A stretch of 32,000 nucleotides of DNA from Geotalea uraniireducens Rf4 (lineage in GTDB: Bacteria > Desulfobacterota > Desulfuromonadia > Geobacterales > Geobacteraceae), in contig NC_009483.1 in the NCBI RefSeq assembly GCF_000016745.1, forward strand, positions 1,800,001 through 1,832,000, written 5' to 3'. A program made the position numbers and the translations under genes. The notes under the pieces were generated by a model. It saw nothing but the letters and a program-made list of their open reading frames with translations, made no database searches and had not been told where the DNA came from. Of this stretch, positions 14,807-22,017 are shown in pieces. The stretch's first letter is position 1. Every line of letters starts with the position of its first letter.

Positions 14807-15772
14807 ATGAAAAGAGGAATCGTAATATCTTTCGTGGCGCTCATGGCGCTGGCAATAACGGTTTTGGCGGGGTGCGGCAGCAGTGTGACCGAGAAGACAC
14901 CGGCAGCTCCGGTAGCAAAAGCGTACAGTGACCCTACCATGGCTACAGACGCGGCAACCCTCAAAGCATCGCTCGGCAAAGCCGGGACTGTCATTATCGA
15001 TGCCAGGTCGGCTTCGGCATTTAGCGCAGGCCATATACCTGGAGCGATCAATGCCGTCTGGCAGTCCTTCGCTACGGTAGGAACCGGAGTTCCGGGAGAT
15101 GCAAACTGGGGAGTTTTGAAAACAGCTGCCGAAATCGGGATCGCACTTGGCAACCTGGGTATTGATGCATCTACGGAGGTTATCGTCTATGCAGATGCTC
15201 CCGGAGGCTGGGGAGAGGATGGCCGTATACTCTGGATGCTGCGCATGGCCGGCGTAACCAAGTCCAAGCTGCTCAATGGCGGATTGAATGGGTGGAAGGC
15301 GGCCGGCTACGGCCTCACCACGGCGGCAACGCCGGCGCCCGCACCGACAACATTGTCCATTGCATCATTTACAGGCGATTATGTCGTTGAAAAGGCCTGG
15401 ATTCTCGCCAACATGGCCGGAAGTGACGTCAAGATCATTGACGCCCGAGACCCGGAGGAGTTTGCAGGTGCTGTCAAGTATGGTGAAAAGCGTGGAGGTC
15501 ACTTGCCGGGCGCTATAAACATGCCTTTCAATACAGCCCTCTATACCAACAATCCAGCCAATCCAGGAATCATCAAGAGTCAGGATGAATTGGAGGCGCT
15601 CTTCACGGCTGCCGGAATCAAGAAGACGGATACCATTGTAAGCTACTGCACCAAGGGTATCCGTTCCGGCCTGATGACGATGATTCTGCGTATGGCAGGC
15701 TACAGCAAGGCGGTCAACTATGACGCGTCATTTTATGAATGGGCCGGCGACGCAACGCTCCCGGTTCAATAA
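14807..15772 (+). CDS. Exported tandem-rhodanese sulfurtransferase, predicted lipoprotein (paralog 2)
   Basis: The track ORF starts at 14762. The ATG at 14807 has GAAAGGAG upstream and yields MKRGIVISFVALMALAITVLAG|C, a classical lipobox. The N-domain is VIIDARSASAFSAGHIPGAIN...VIVYADAPGGWGEDG. The C-domain catalytic loop is YCTKGIRSG. Confidence 0.9.
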   Translation: MKRGIVISFVALMALAITVLAGCGSSVTEKTPAAPVAKAYSDPTMATDAATLKASLGKAGTVIIDARSASAFSAGHIPGAINAVWQSFATVGTGVPGDANWGVLKTAAEIGIALGNLGIDASTEVIVYADAPGGWGEDGRILWMLRMAGVTKSKLLNGGLNGWKAAGYGLTTAATPAPAPTTLSIASFTGDYVVEKAWILANMAGSDVKIIDARDPEEFAGAVKYGEKRGGHLPGAINMPFNTALYTNNPANPGIIKSQDELEALFTAAGIKKTDTIVSYCTKGIRSGLMTMILRMAGYSKAVNYDASFYEWAGDATLPVQ

Positions 15773-15813
15773 CAGATCATATTTACCAGGTTAATCAGAT
15801 GTATTGCCGTAAA

Positions 15814-15838
15814 GAGGGCGCCAAATATTGGCGCCCTC
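15814..15838 (+). terminator. GC-rich intercistronic hairpin (no U-tract)
   Basis: GAGGGCGCCAA (15814-15824) and TTGGCGCCCTC (15828-15838) form a perfect palindrome between the rhodanese-2 stop and the outer-membrane protein start. Confidence 0.4.
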
Positions 15839-15863
15839 CTTACTTCACCTTGAGGGGATTCTT

Positions 15864-16703
15864 ATGAAAAAACTTGTTCAATCATCAATTGTGGCCATTC
15901 TGTTTGTGACGGCATCCGCCACTGCCAGCCTGGCCGGCGCCTGGACCGCCAAACAGCATGCCTTCTACGAAAAGCTGGCCTTCAACTACTACTATTCCCA
16001 CGAGACCTTCGATTCGTCGGGCAACCGCAATGGGACGCCCAATAACGGGAAATTCACCGATTACGACATCTGCAATTACTTCGAGTATGGGCTGTTCGAC
16101 AACCTGACCGTGATCAACTCGCTGGCCTACAAGTGGCTGGAGAACGACAATAACTTGGCCCGCACCAAGGGTTACGGCCTGGGAGACGTGGACCTCGGGT
16201 TGCGCTACAAACTGCTGGACAGCGAGAAGATCGGCATCGTTGCCACGCAACTGCTCGTCAAGATTCCGGGGACATATGATAAAAAGGACCCGTTGCCGCT
16301 CGGCAACGGCCAGTTTGACACGGAAATCCGGCTGCTCTACGGCCGTTCGCTCTATCCGCTGATCCCCGGTTACGGCAACGTGGAGTTCGGCTACCGCTGG
16401 CGGGCCGAGGGCCCTTCCGACGAGATCCGCTATCTTGTTGAATTCGGCGTGGACGTTACCAGGGATTTTTACACCCGCGCCAAGCTGGACGGGACCCTCA
16501 GCGTGGATAACGGTAAAAAACTGGACGGCAGCGGCAACCCCACGGCTACCAACAACTTCGACCTCGGCAAGCTGGACCTGACCGTTGGTTACAAGGTTAC
16601 TCCGGCATGGGGGGTGGAGATCAGCTATCGGCCAGACATCTACGGACAAAATATCGCGGCCGGCGCGAATTATTCCCTTGCGCTCTATTTCAAGACACCA
16701 TAG
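15864..16703 (+). CDS. Outer-membrane beta-barrel channel (MetA/phenol-degradation-like transporter family)
   Basis: ATG at 15864. The signal peptide is MKKLVQSSIVAILFVTASATASLA|G. Alternating amphipathic strands are present (GLGDVDLGLRYKL, NVEFGYRW, LDLTVGYKV, GVEISYRP, and the C-terminal YSLALYFKTP). The size (about 255 aa mature) and motifs fit small substrate-channel barrels. Confidence 0.7.
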   Translation: MKKLVQSSIVAILFVTASATASLAGAWTAKQHAFYEKLAFNYYYSHETFDSSGNRNGTPNNGKFTDYDICNYFEYGLFDNLTVINSLAYKWLENDNNLARTKGYGLGDVDLGLRYKLLDSEKIGIVATQLLVKIPGTYDKKDPLPLGNGQFDTEIRLLYGRSLYPLIPGYGNVEFGYRWRAEGPSDEIRYLVEFGVDVTRDFYTRAKLDGTLSVDNGKKLDGSGNPTATNNFDLGKLDLTVGYKVTPAWGVEISYRPDIYGQNIAAGANYSLALYFKTP

Positions 16704-16724
16704 TTCTGCATTGTCAGATTCAAA

Positions 16725-16840
16725 GGCAAATCCCCCTCAATCCCCCTTTTGTAAAGGGGGAAGCATTTAGATCCCCCCTTTATGAAAAGGGGAAGCATTT
16801 AGATCCCCCCTTTATGAAAGGGGGGGAGGGGGGATTTGCC
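16725..16840. repeat. Array of three tandem 31-32-bp hairpin repeats enclosed by a 14-15-bp inverted repeat (REP/MITE-like element)
   Basis: The units are TCCCCCTTTTGTAAAGGGGGAAGCATTTAGA (16741-), TCCCCCCTTTATGAAAAGGGGAAGCATTTAGA (16772-) and TCCCCCCTTTATGAAAGGGGGGG (16804-). Each contains a C5-6TTT...AAAG4-7 stem. The flanks GGCAAATCCCCCTC (16725-16738) and GAGGGGGGATTTGCC (16826-16840) are reverse complements. Spurious translations give the PPF(V/M)KGG-type peptides often seen for such repeats. Confidence 0.85.
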
Positions 16841-16877
16841 GTTAAGGTCGCTAATCAAGAAAAAACAGGACATTACC

Positions 16878-18707
16878 ATGAGCATTATCACTAACAACCA
16901 TCTTCGCCCCGGTCTGCAAGAACAGATTGCCGCAACAAAATCGGGTTGCACCAATTGCGGCGAATGCGTCCGGGAGTGTGCCTTCCTCAAGAAATATGGC
17001 ACACCCAAATCTATTGCAGACAGCTTCGATGCAATTGATCCAAAATCCCTTGCTCGCTCCTTCGAGTGCAGCCTGTGCGGGCTCTGCTCGGTGGTCTGTC
17101 CGGAACAGCTCGATCTGGACGGACTGTTTCTGGAGATGCGGCGCGAGGCGGTGGACCGGGGCTTCGGGGACTACCCGGAGCATTCACCCCTGCTGACCTA
17201 CGAACGGCTGGGAACATCCCGCCGTTTCAGCCTGTACCGGTTGCCCCAAGGGTGCACGACGATCTTCTTCCCCGGCTGCTCCCTGTCCGGCACCCGCCCC
17301 GATGGCGTCAACAGGGTTTTCGCCGAGCTTCAGAAGACTGATCCAACCGTGGGTATCGTCTTTGACTGCTGTTTGAAGCCGTCCCATAGCCTGGGGCGCG
17401 AGCAGTACACTGGCGCCATGTTCGAGGAGATGAACAACTGGCTTGTGCAGCAGGGGGTGAAAGAGGTGCTGGTGGCATGCCCCAACTGCCAGGTGATGTT
17501 CACCTCGCTAGGCCAGGGGCTGAAGGTGAGAACCGTCTGGGAGTCCCTCGCCGAGTCCGGACTGCAGCCGGAAGGAGTGTCCGGTACGGTGACGGTTCAT
17601 GACCCCTGTGTTATCCGCGATGCACAACCGGTGCATCAGGCCGTGCGTACCCTGCTCAATCGCCAGGGACTGATGGTGGAGGAGATGCCCCATTCCGGCA
17701 GAACCACCGTCTGCTGCGGTCAGGGGGGGGCGGTCAACCTGCTGAACCCGCAACTGGCCGCTTCATGGGGAGAACTGCGCAAAAGAGAGGCGGCCGGCAG
17801 GAGAATCATCACCTACTGCGCCGGCTGTGTCCAGGCCCTGGGGGGGCACACGCCGACCAATCACCTGGTGGATATCCTGTTCGCCCCGAATCAGACCCTG
17901 GCCGGAAAGAAAAAGGGCGCCGGAGCCCCCTTTACCTATCTGAACCGGCTTCGACTCAAAAGAGCCTTTAAACGCAAGGAGGGATATGCAGTGACACGAG
18001 AACGAACATTTGTACCGGAACAGGGGCAGCCAAAGAAACGCTCCTGGAAACCGCTGATCTTTCTGGTCTTGCTGGTGGCAGCCGTCGCCGGCGTGCACCT
18101 GTCGGGAGCGGCCCAGTATCTTCAGCAGGAAAAATTGCAGGCATTGATTGCCTCGTACGGAGTCCTGGCCCCGGCTATTTACATCCTGCTTTATGCCCTG
18201 GCGCCGGTATTGTTCCTGCCCGGCCTGCCGATCACCATTGTGGGCGGTATTCTGTTCGGCCCGGTCTGGGGCGTGGTTTATACCATTACCGGCGCGACCA
18301 TCGGCGCCTCTCTGGCATTTCTGGTTGCGCGCTACGTGGCCCGCGACTGGGTGGCAGCCAAGTTGACCGGGCCCACGTGGGAAAAGCTCGACAGCGAAGT
18401 GGCCCAGCACGGCTGGAAGGTGGTGGCCTTCACACGACTGATTCCGGCCTTCCCCTTCAATCTGTTGAACTACGCCTTCGGACTGACCAAGGTCCCGTTT
18501 GTTCATTATATGGTTGCCACCTTTGTCTTCATGCTGCCTGCCTGCATCGCCTTCATCGTTTTCTCCAGCTCATTGCTGGGGCTGATCAAAGGCAAGGTTT
18601 CCCCGACGGCTCTGCTGGGCATCGGCCTGATTGTGCTGGTGTCGCTGATTCCGGTGGTCTACCGGCGCTTCAAGGGGCGTCAGGCGGCCGAGGCGGAAGC
18701 TGAGTGA
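16878..18707 (+). CDS. Fusion protein: 2x[4Fe-4S] ferredoxin motif + two CCG (HdrD/GlpC/LutA-like) cysteine-rich domains, fused to a C-terminal TVP38/TMEM64 (DedA-superfamily) membrane domain
   Basis: Start taken at the ATG at 16878; the track's TTG at 16836 is possible, and the SD is weak for both. Fe-S motifs: CTNCGECVREC and CSLCGLCSVVCP. CCG units: FFPGCS...FDCCLKP...ACPNC and HDPCV...VCCGQGG...YCAGC. From about residue 395 there are several TM helices with the TVP38/SNARE-associated signature LFLPGLPITIVGGILFGPVWGVVYTITGATIGASLAFLVARY...FTRLIPAFPFNLLNYAFGLT. Confidence 0.85.
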   Translation: MSIITNNHLRPGLQEQIAATKSGCTNCGECVRECAFLKKYGTPKSIADSFDAIDPKSLARSFECSLCGLCSVVCPEQLDLDGLFLEMRREAVDRGFGDYPEHSPLLTYERLGTSRRFSLYRLPQGCTTIFFPGCSLSGTRPDGVNRVFAELQKTDPTVGIVFDCCLKPSHSLGREQYTGAMFEEMNNWLVQQGVKEVLVACPNCQVMFTSLGQGLKVRTVWESLAESGLQPEGVSGTVTVHDPCVIRDAQPVHQAVRTLLNRQGLMVEEMPHSGRTTVCCGQGGAVNLLNPQLAASWGELRKREAAGRRIITYCAGCVQALGGHTPTNHLVDILFAPNQTLAGKKKGAGAPFTYLNRLRLKRAFKRKEGYAVTRERTFVPEQGQPKKRSWKPLIFLVLLVAAVAGVHLSGAAQYLQQEKLQALIASYGVLAPAIYILLYALAPVLFLPGLPITIVGGILFGPVWGVVYTITGATIGASLAFLVARYVARDWVAAKLTGPTWEKLDSEVAQHGWKVVAFTRLIPAFPFNLLNYAFGLTKVPFVHYMVATFVFMLPACIAFIVFSSSLLGLIKGKVSPTALLGIGLIVLVSLIPVVYRRFKGRQAAEAEAE

Positions 18708-19462
18708 TAGCGGCGCCCCCCGACATAGCTCTGATCATACCGGCCAGGAACGAGGAACTCTCCCTGCCGGGAGTGCTCGGGAATGTGCCGACTGAGATCA
18801 CGCGGGTTGTGGTGGTTGACAACGGATCGACAGACGCGACGGCACAGGTTGCCGCTGAATATGGCGCCCATGTCGTCACCGAACCGGTGGCCGGTTACGG
18901 CAGGGCCTGCCTGGCCGGATTGGCCTTTCTGCGGAACGATCCGCCGGACATCGTGGCTTTTGTCGATGCCGACGGCAGCGATGAGCTGTCGCGCCTGCCC
19001 GACCTGATCGCCCCGGTTTCCGTCGGAGAGCAGGAACTTGTGCTGGGGCGGCGGATTCCGGTTGTCACGGCGGCGCTTAGTTTTCAGCAGCGCTTCGGGC
19101 ACCTGCTGGCCACCGTGTTGATACGTCTGTTTTGGAGATACCGCTACAGAGACCTTGGTCCGATGCGGGTCATCAGTTGGATGGCGCTGAATCGGTTGAA
19201 TATGGCTGACCAAGCTTTCGGCTGGACGGTGGAAATGCAGGTCAGGGCACTCAAACATGGGCTGCGGATACGGGAGATTGACGTCCCTTATCATCAGCGC
19301 ACTGCCGGAAAGTCAAAGATCAGTCGGACGATCACCGGTACGGTCAAGGCCGGGAGCACTATTCTGTGGGTTATCGGCCGTGAATTGGTGCACGGGTTAC
19401 AGCATAAAAGACAAGAGGCAGCGGCAGCAGACACGGTTATTACTGCCGAGCAGGCACAATAA
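18704..19462 (+). CDS. Small GT-A fold family-2 glycosyltransferase, DPM1/GtrB/ArnC-like (candidate polyprenyl-phosphate sugar synthase)
   Basis: 252 aa with a GTG start overlapping the upstream stop (GTGA). Motifs: ALIIPARNEE, VVVVDNGSTDAT, GYGRACLAG, FVDADGSD, DLGPMRVISW and EIDVPYHQRTAGKSKIS. No TM segments are evident. Confidence 0.8.
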   Translation: MIAAPPDIALIIPARNEELSLPGVLGNVPTEITRVVVVDNGSTDATAQVAAEYGAHVVTEPVAGYGRACLAGLAFLRNDPPDIVAFVDADGSDELSRLPDLIAPVSVGEQELVLGRRIPVVTAALSFQQRFGHLLATVLIRLFWRYRYRDLGPMRVISWMALNRLNMADQAFGWTVEMQVRALKHGLRIREIDVPYHQRTAGKSKISRTITGTVKAGSTILWVIGRELVHGLQHKRQEAAAADTVITAEQAQ

Positions 19463-19476
19463 AGGAGAATAACGCC

Positions 19477-20367
19477 ATGCAGATTATTGCAAAGTTTATA
19501 CAGCAGGCAAAACGAGCCGGTTTACATCATGTAATCATGGTTTTATTGATGGTAGTAACGGTAATCGTTTCCTGTTTCTCGGCTGCCACGGCGGCCGATC
19601 TGAGACTGATCGATGCAGCTGCGTTGAAGGGTAATTCAGCAAAATGGGTCATACTTGATGCCCGTCCCAAGGCCGACTGGGAAACCGGCCACATTCCGGG
19701 AGCCATCCAGTTTTCATGGGACAATTATACCCGCACCGACGCCAAGGGGGTAAAGTACAGCTCTTTTCCACCCCAGGAACTGGCCGTAGCACTGGCCGGA
19801 CTGGGGATTGACGAAAAGACCCCGGTAGTGGTGTACGGGGACGCCGACAAGAGCTGGGGCGGCGAAGGGTATAATATCTGGTTGCTTTCCTGGCTTGGTC
19901 ACAAGGGACCCATCCGGCTGCTGAATGGCGGCATCCAGGCCTGGCGCAACCAGAATTTGCCTCTGGCCAAGGGGCCGGAAAAGCCTGCCGCCAAAAAGGC
20001 CCGTTACCAGGTGGATCTCAAGCCCCCGTACATCGTCTCCACGGAAGAGGTGCAGAAGGGAAAAGGTTCTTTTGTGCTGGTTGATGTCCGCTCGACCTTT
20101 GAATGGATCAAAGGCAGGATACCCGGCGCCATTCATATACCCTGGGAGGATTTTTACACCGGCAAGGATCACCACCCGCTTCCTCCGGCGGAACTGAAAA
20201 AGCTGCTTGCCAAGCATGGCGTGGATACCTCCAAACCGGTGGTTTATTACTGCCTGGGCGGGGTGCGCTCTGCCTACGCCTGGACGGCCCACCAGTTGGC
20301 AGGGCTGCCTGAAGCCCGCAACTACAAGGGAAGCTGGGCAGCCTGGGAGAAGCGGGCGGGGCAGTAA
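19477..20367 (+). CDS. Exported tandem-rhodanese sulfurtransferase (paralog 3; signal anchor or lipoprotein)
   Basis: 296 aa with SD AAGGAG. Hydrophobic N-terminus VIMVLLMVVTVIVS|C (lipobox-like IVSC), followed by FSAATA. The N-domain is VILDARPKADWETGHIPGAIQF...VVVYGDADKSWGGEG. The C-domain catalytic loop is YCLGGVRSA, followed by YKGSWAAWE. Confidence 0.9.
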   Translation: MQIIAKFIQQAKRAGLHHVIMVLLMVVTVIVSCFSAATAADLRLIDAAALKGNSAKWVILDARPKADWETGHIPGAIQFSWDNYTRTDAKGVKYSSFPPQELAVALAGLGIDEKTPVVVYGDADKSWGGEGYNIWLLSWLGHKGPIRLLNGGIQAWRNQNLPLAKGPEKPAAKKARYQVDLKPPYIVSTEEVQKGKGSFVLVDVRSTFEWIKGRIPGAIHIPWEDFYTGKDHHPLPPAELKKLLAKHGVDTSKPVVYYCLGGVRSAYAWTAHQLAGLPEARNYKGSWAAWEKRAGQ

Positions 20368-20385
20368 TTTGAATGTATGATTTTC

Positions 20386-20464
20386 GTAGGGGCGATCCCT
20401 TGTGGTCGCCCGATTTTGACGTCGGTGGTGCTGCCAGCAGGGCGGGCACAAGACCCGCCCCTAC
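20386..20464. repeat. REP-like composite palindromic element
   Basis: The outer arms GTAGGGGCG (20386-20394) and CGCCCCTAC (20456-20464) enclose two internal hairpins, GGCGATC-CCTTGT-GGTCGCC and GGGCGGG-CACAAGA-CCCGCCC. This GTAGGGGCGA...GGCACAAGACC..CCCCTAC sequence type is a familiar extragenic repeat in several bacterial phyla. Confidence 0.55.
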
Positions 20465-20476
20465 AGGAACGCTGAA

Positions 20477-20992
20477 ATGAGTTTTTTAATATGTCGAATC
20501 GCACACTGCCTGATACTGTCTGCCCTGCTGCTTGCTCTGTCAGTCATGGCATGTCATGCAGTCGAATCCAGGTCAAAAACGCCAACGTCCAGCGCCAAAA
20601 AGAAGCTGCTGCTGTTCGCCAAGAATCCTGCCACCTGGGCCATTGTCAAGGGGGGCGCCAGCGGCAAGATGGTCTACCGCGAGTCATCCGGCGCCTTCAG
20701 CCTGAGTGCTGCCGGCCTCCGCCCCCGTTCGGCCTACGCCATGATAAGGTACGCCGATGCTCCTCCAAAAGCCGAGATTCTCGCCCGGGGAGAGAGTGAT
20801 GTTCGCGGCAATCTGGAACTGAACGGAGTCTGGCGAAACTGGACCAGAAAGTTCTGGCTTGTGTCGGGCGAGGATGTGGTGGGCTTGCCCGGTGAAGCCG
20901 GTTCGCTCCGCGCCTGGCGGCCGGAACGCTATCTTTTCGAGGAAAAACAGATCGGCATACCCTGCCAATGCCCCGAACCAGAGGAACCTTAA
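20477..20992 (+). CDS. Exported hypothetical protein (signal peptide, possible lipobox VMA|C), no recognised family
   Basis: 171 aa. The N-terminus is CLILSALLLALSVMAC. The mature part is rich in beta-type alternation, and the C-terminus has CQCPEPEEP. Its stop overlaps the start of the radical SAM gene (TAATG), and the coding-like composition continues through that junction. Confidence 0.6.
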   Translation: MSFLICRIAHCLILSALLLALSVMACHAVESRSKTPTSSAKKKLLLFAKNPATWAIVKGGASGKMVYRESSGAFSLSAAGLRPRSAYAMIRYADAPPKAEILARGESDVRGNLELNGVWRNWTRKFWLVSGEDVVGLPGEAGSLRAWRPERYLFEEKQIGIPCQCPEPEEP

Positions 20993-22017
20993 TGACAGCA
21001 ATGTTCAAAAAGAAAGTCGAGGCGGTGGATGACCGCTTCACCACATTCCATAGACTGGAAACGCTCCAGGTGAATCTGGGCGATCTCTGCAACCTGAGTT
21101 GCGCCCACTGTCATCATCATGCCTCGCCGCAAGGCGCCCGGATCATGGGCCGGGACGTCATGGAAAAGATCACTGCGTTCCTGGCGCGGCATCCCGGTCT
21201 GACGCTGGACATAACCGGCGGCTGCCCGGAAATGAACCCGGACTTCCGGTACTTCGTCGAGGCATCGGCAGGACACGCCGCACGTCGCATCATCCGCAGC
21301 AATCTGGCCATTGCCCTTGAACCCGGCATGGAATGGCTGCCTGACTTTTATCGCGAACAGGCGCTGGTGGTGATGGCGTCGCTTCCCTGCTACGAAGCGG
21401 AGAACGTGGAGAAACAGAGGGGAGGCGGGGTCTTCATGCAAAGTATCGAGGTGTTGCGGCGCCTCAATCGGCAGGGCTATGGCAGCGAACTGGAACTCCA
21501 CCTCGTCCATAACCCGGGCAACGGCTCCGTGTCCGGATCACGTGATATGCTGGAGCAGCATTACCGTACGGAACTTCTACAGCGTTTTGGTGTCAGCTTC
21601 AGTCGGCTCCACTGCATGAACAATACCCCCATCGGACGTTTTCGGGACAACCTGGAGCGCAGGGGAACCTATCAGCGCTATATCGAGCATCTGGCGGAAA
21701 AATTCAATCCGCTGGCCACAGAGCAAATCATGTGCCGAACGCTGGTCAGTGTCGGCTGGGATGGGGTGCTATACAACTGCGACTTCAATCTGGCTGCCGC
21801 ATTGCCGTTGCAACGGGCGGATGGCTCGCTCGTGACCATCGACCATGCCGACGAGGCGATTGTCCCCGGCAGCGGAATCCGGATGGCTGCGCACTGTTTC
21901 AGTTGCACCGCCGGCGAGGGTTCGGGGTGCGGCGGGTCATTGGCTGCATCCGGCAACAAGGTATATGGATCAGCGAACAGCAATGATCAGGGCGTGAGCG
22001 CATGCTGTCAGCAATAA
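20992..22017 (+). CDS. arsS: ArsS-family radical SAM/Cys-rich domain protein (TIGR04167, rSAM/selenodomain family), Cys form
   Basis: The ATG at 20992 (GAGGAA upstream) is preferred over the track start at 20968. Radical SAM motif LQVNLGDLCNLSCAHCHH. Family-typical blocks: LDITGGCPEMNPDFRYFV, SLPCYEAENVEKQRGGGVF, YGSELELHLVHNP, MCRTLVSVGWDGVLYNCDFN. The C-terminal motif HCFSCTAGEGSGCGG has TGC (21928-21930) at the position that is Sec in some members. Confidence 0.8.
   Translation: MTAMFKKKVEAVDDRFTTFHRLETLQVNLGDLCNLSCAHCHHHASPQGARIMGRDVMEKITAFLARHPGLTLDITGGCPEMNPDFRYFVEASAGHAARRIIRSNLAIALEPGMEWLPDFYREQALVVMASLPCYEAENVEKQRGGGVFMQSIEVLRRLNRQGYGSELELHLVHNPGNGSVSGSRDMLEQHYRTELLQRFGVSFSRLHCMNNTPIGRFRDNLERRGTYQRYIEHLAEKFNPLATEQIMCRTLVSVGWDGVLYNCDFNLAAALPLQRADGSLVTIDHADEAIVPGSGIRMAAHCFSCTAGEGSGCGGSLAASGNKVYGSANSNDQGVSACCQQ

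Noticed and set aside
16741-16835. Possible CRISPR array, given the tandem ~31-bp repeats.
   Set aside because: The repeats abut directly with no unique spacers. Only three copies are present, each is a simple C-run/G-run hairpin, and no cas genes are in the window. This behaves like a REP/MITE-type element.
21928-21930. Selenocysteine recoding in the ArsS-family gene, or elsewhere in the block.
   Set aside because: The family's Sec/Cys position is a TGC codon here. No gene in the block needs an in-frame TGA to stay open, so there is no evidence for Sec or a SECIS element.
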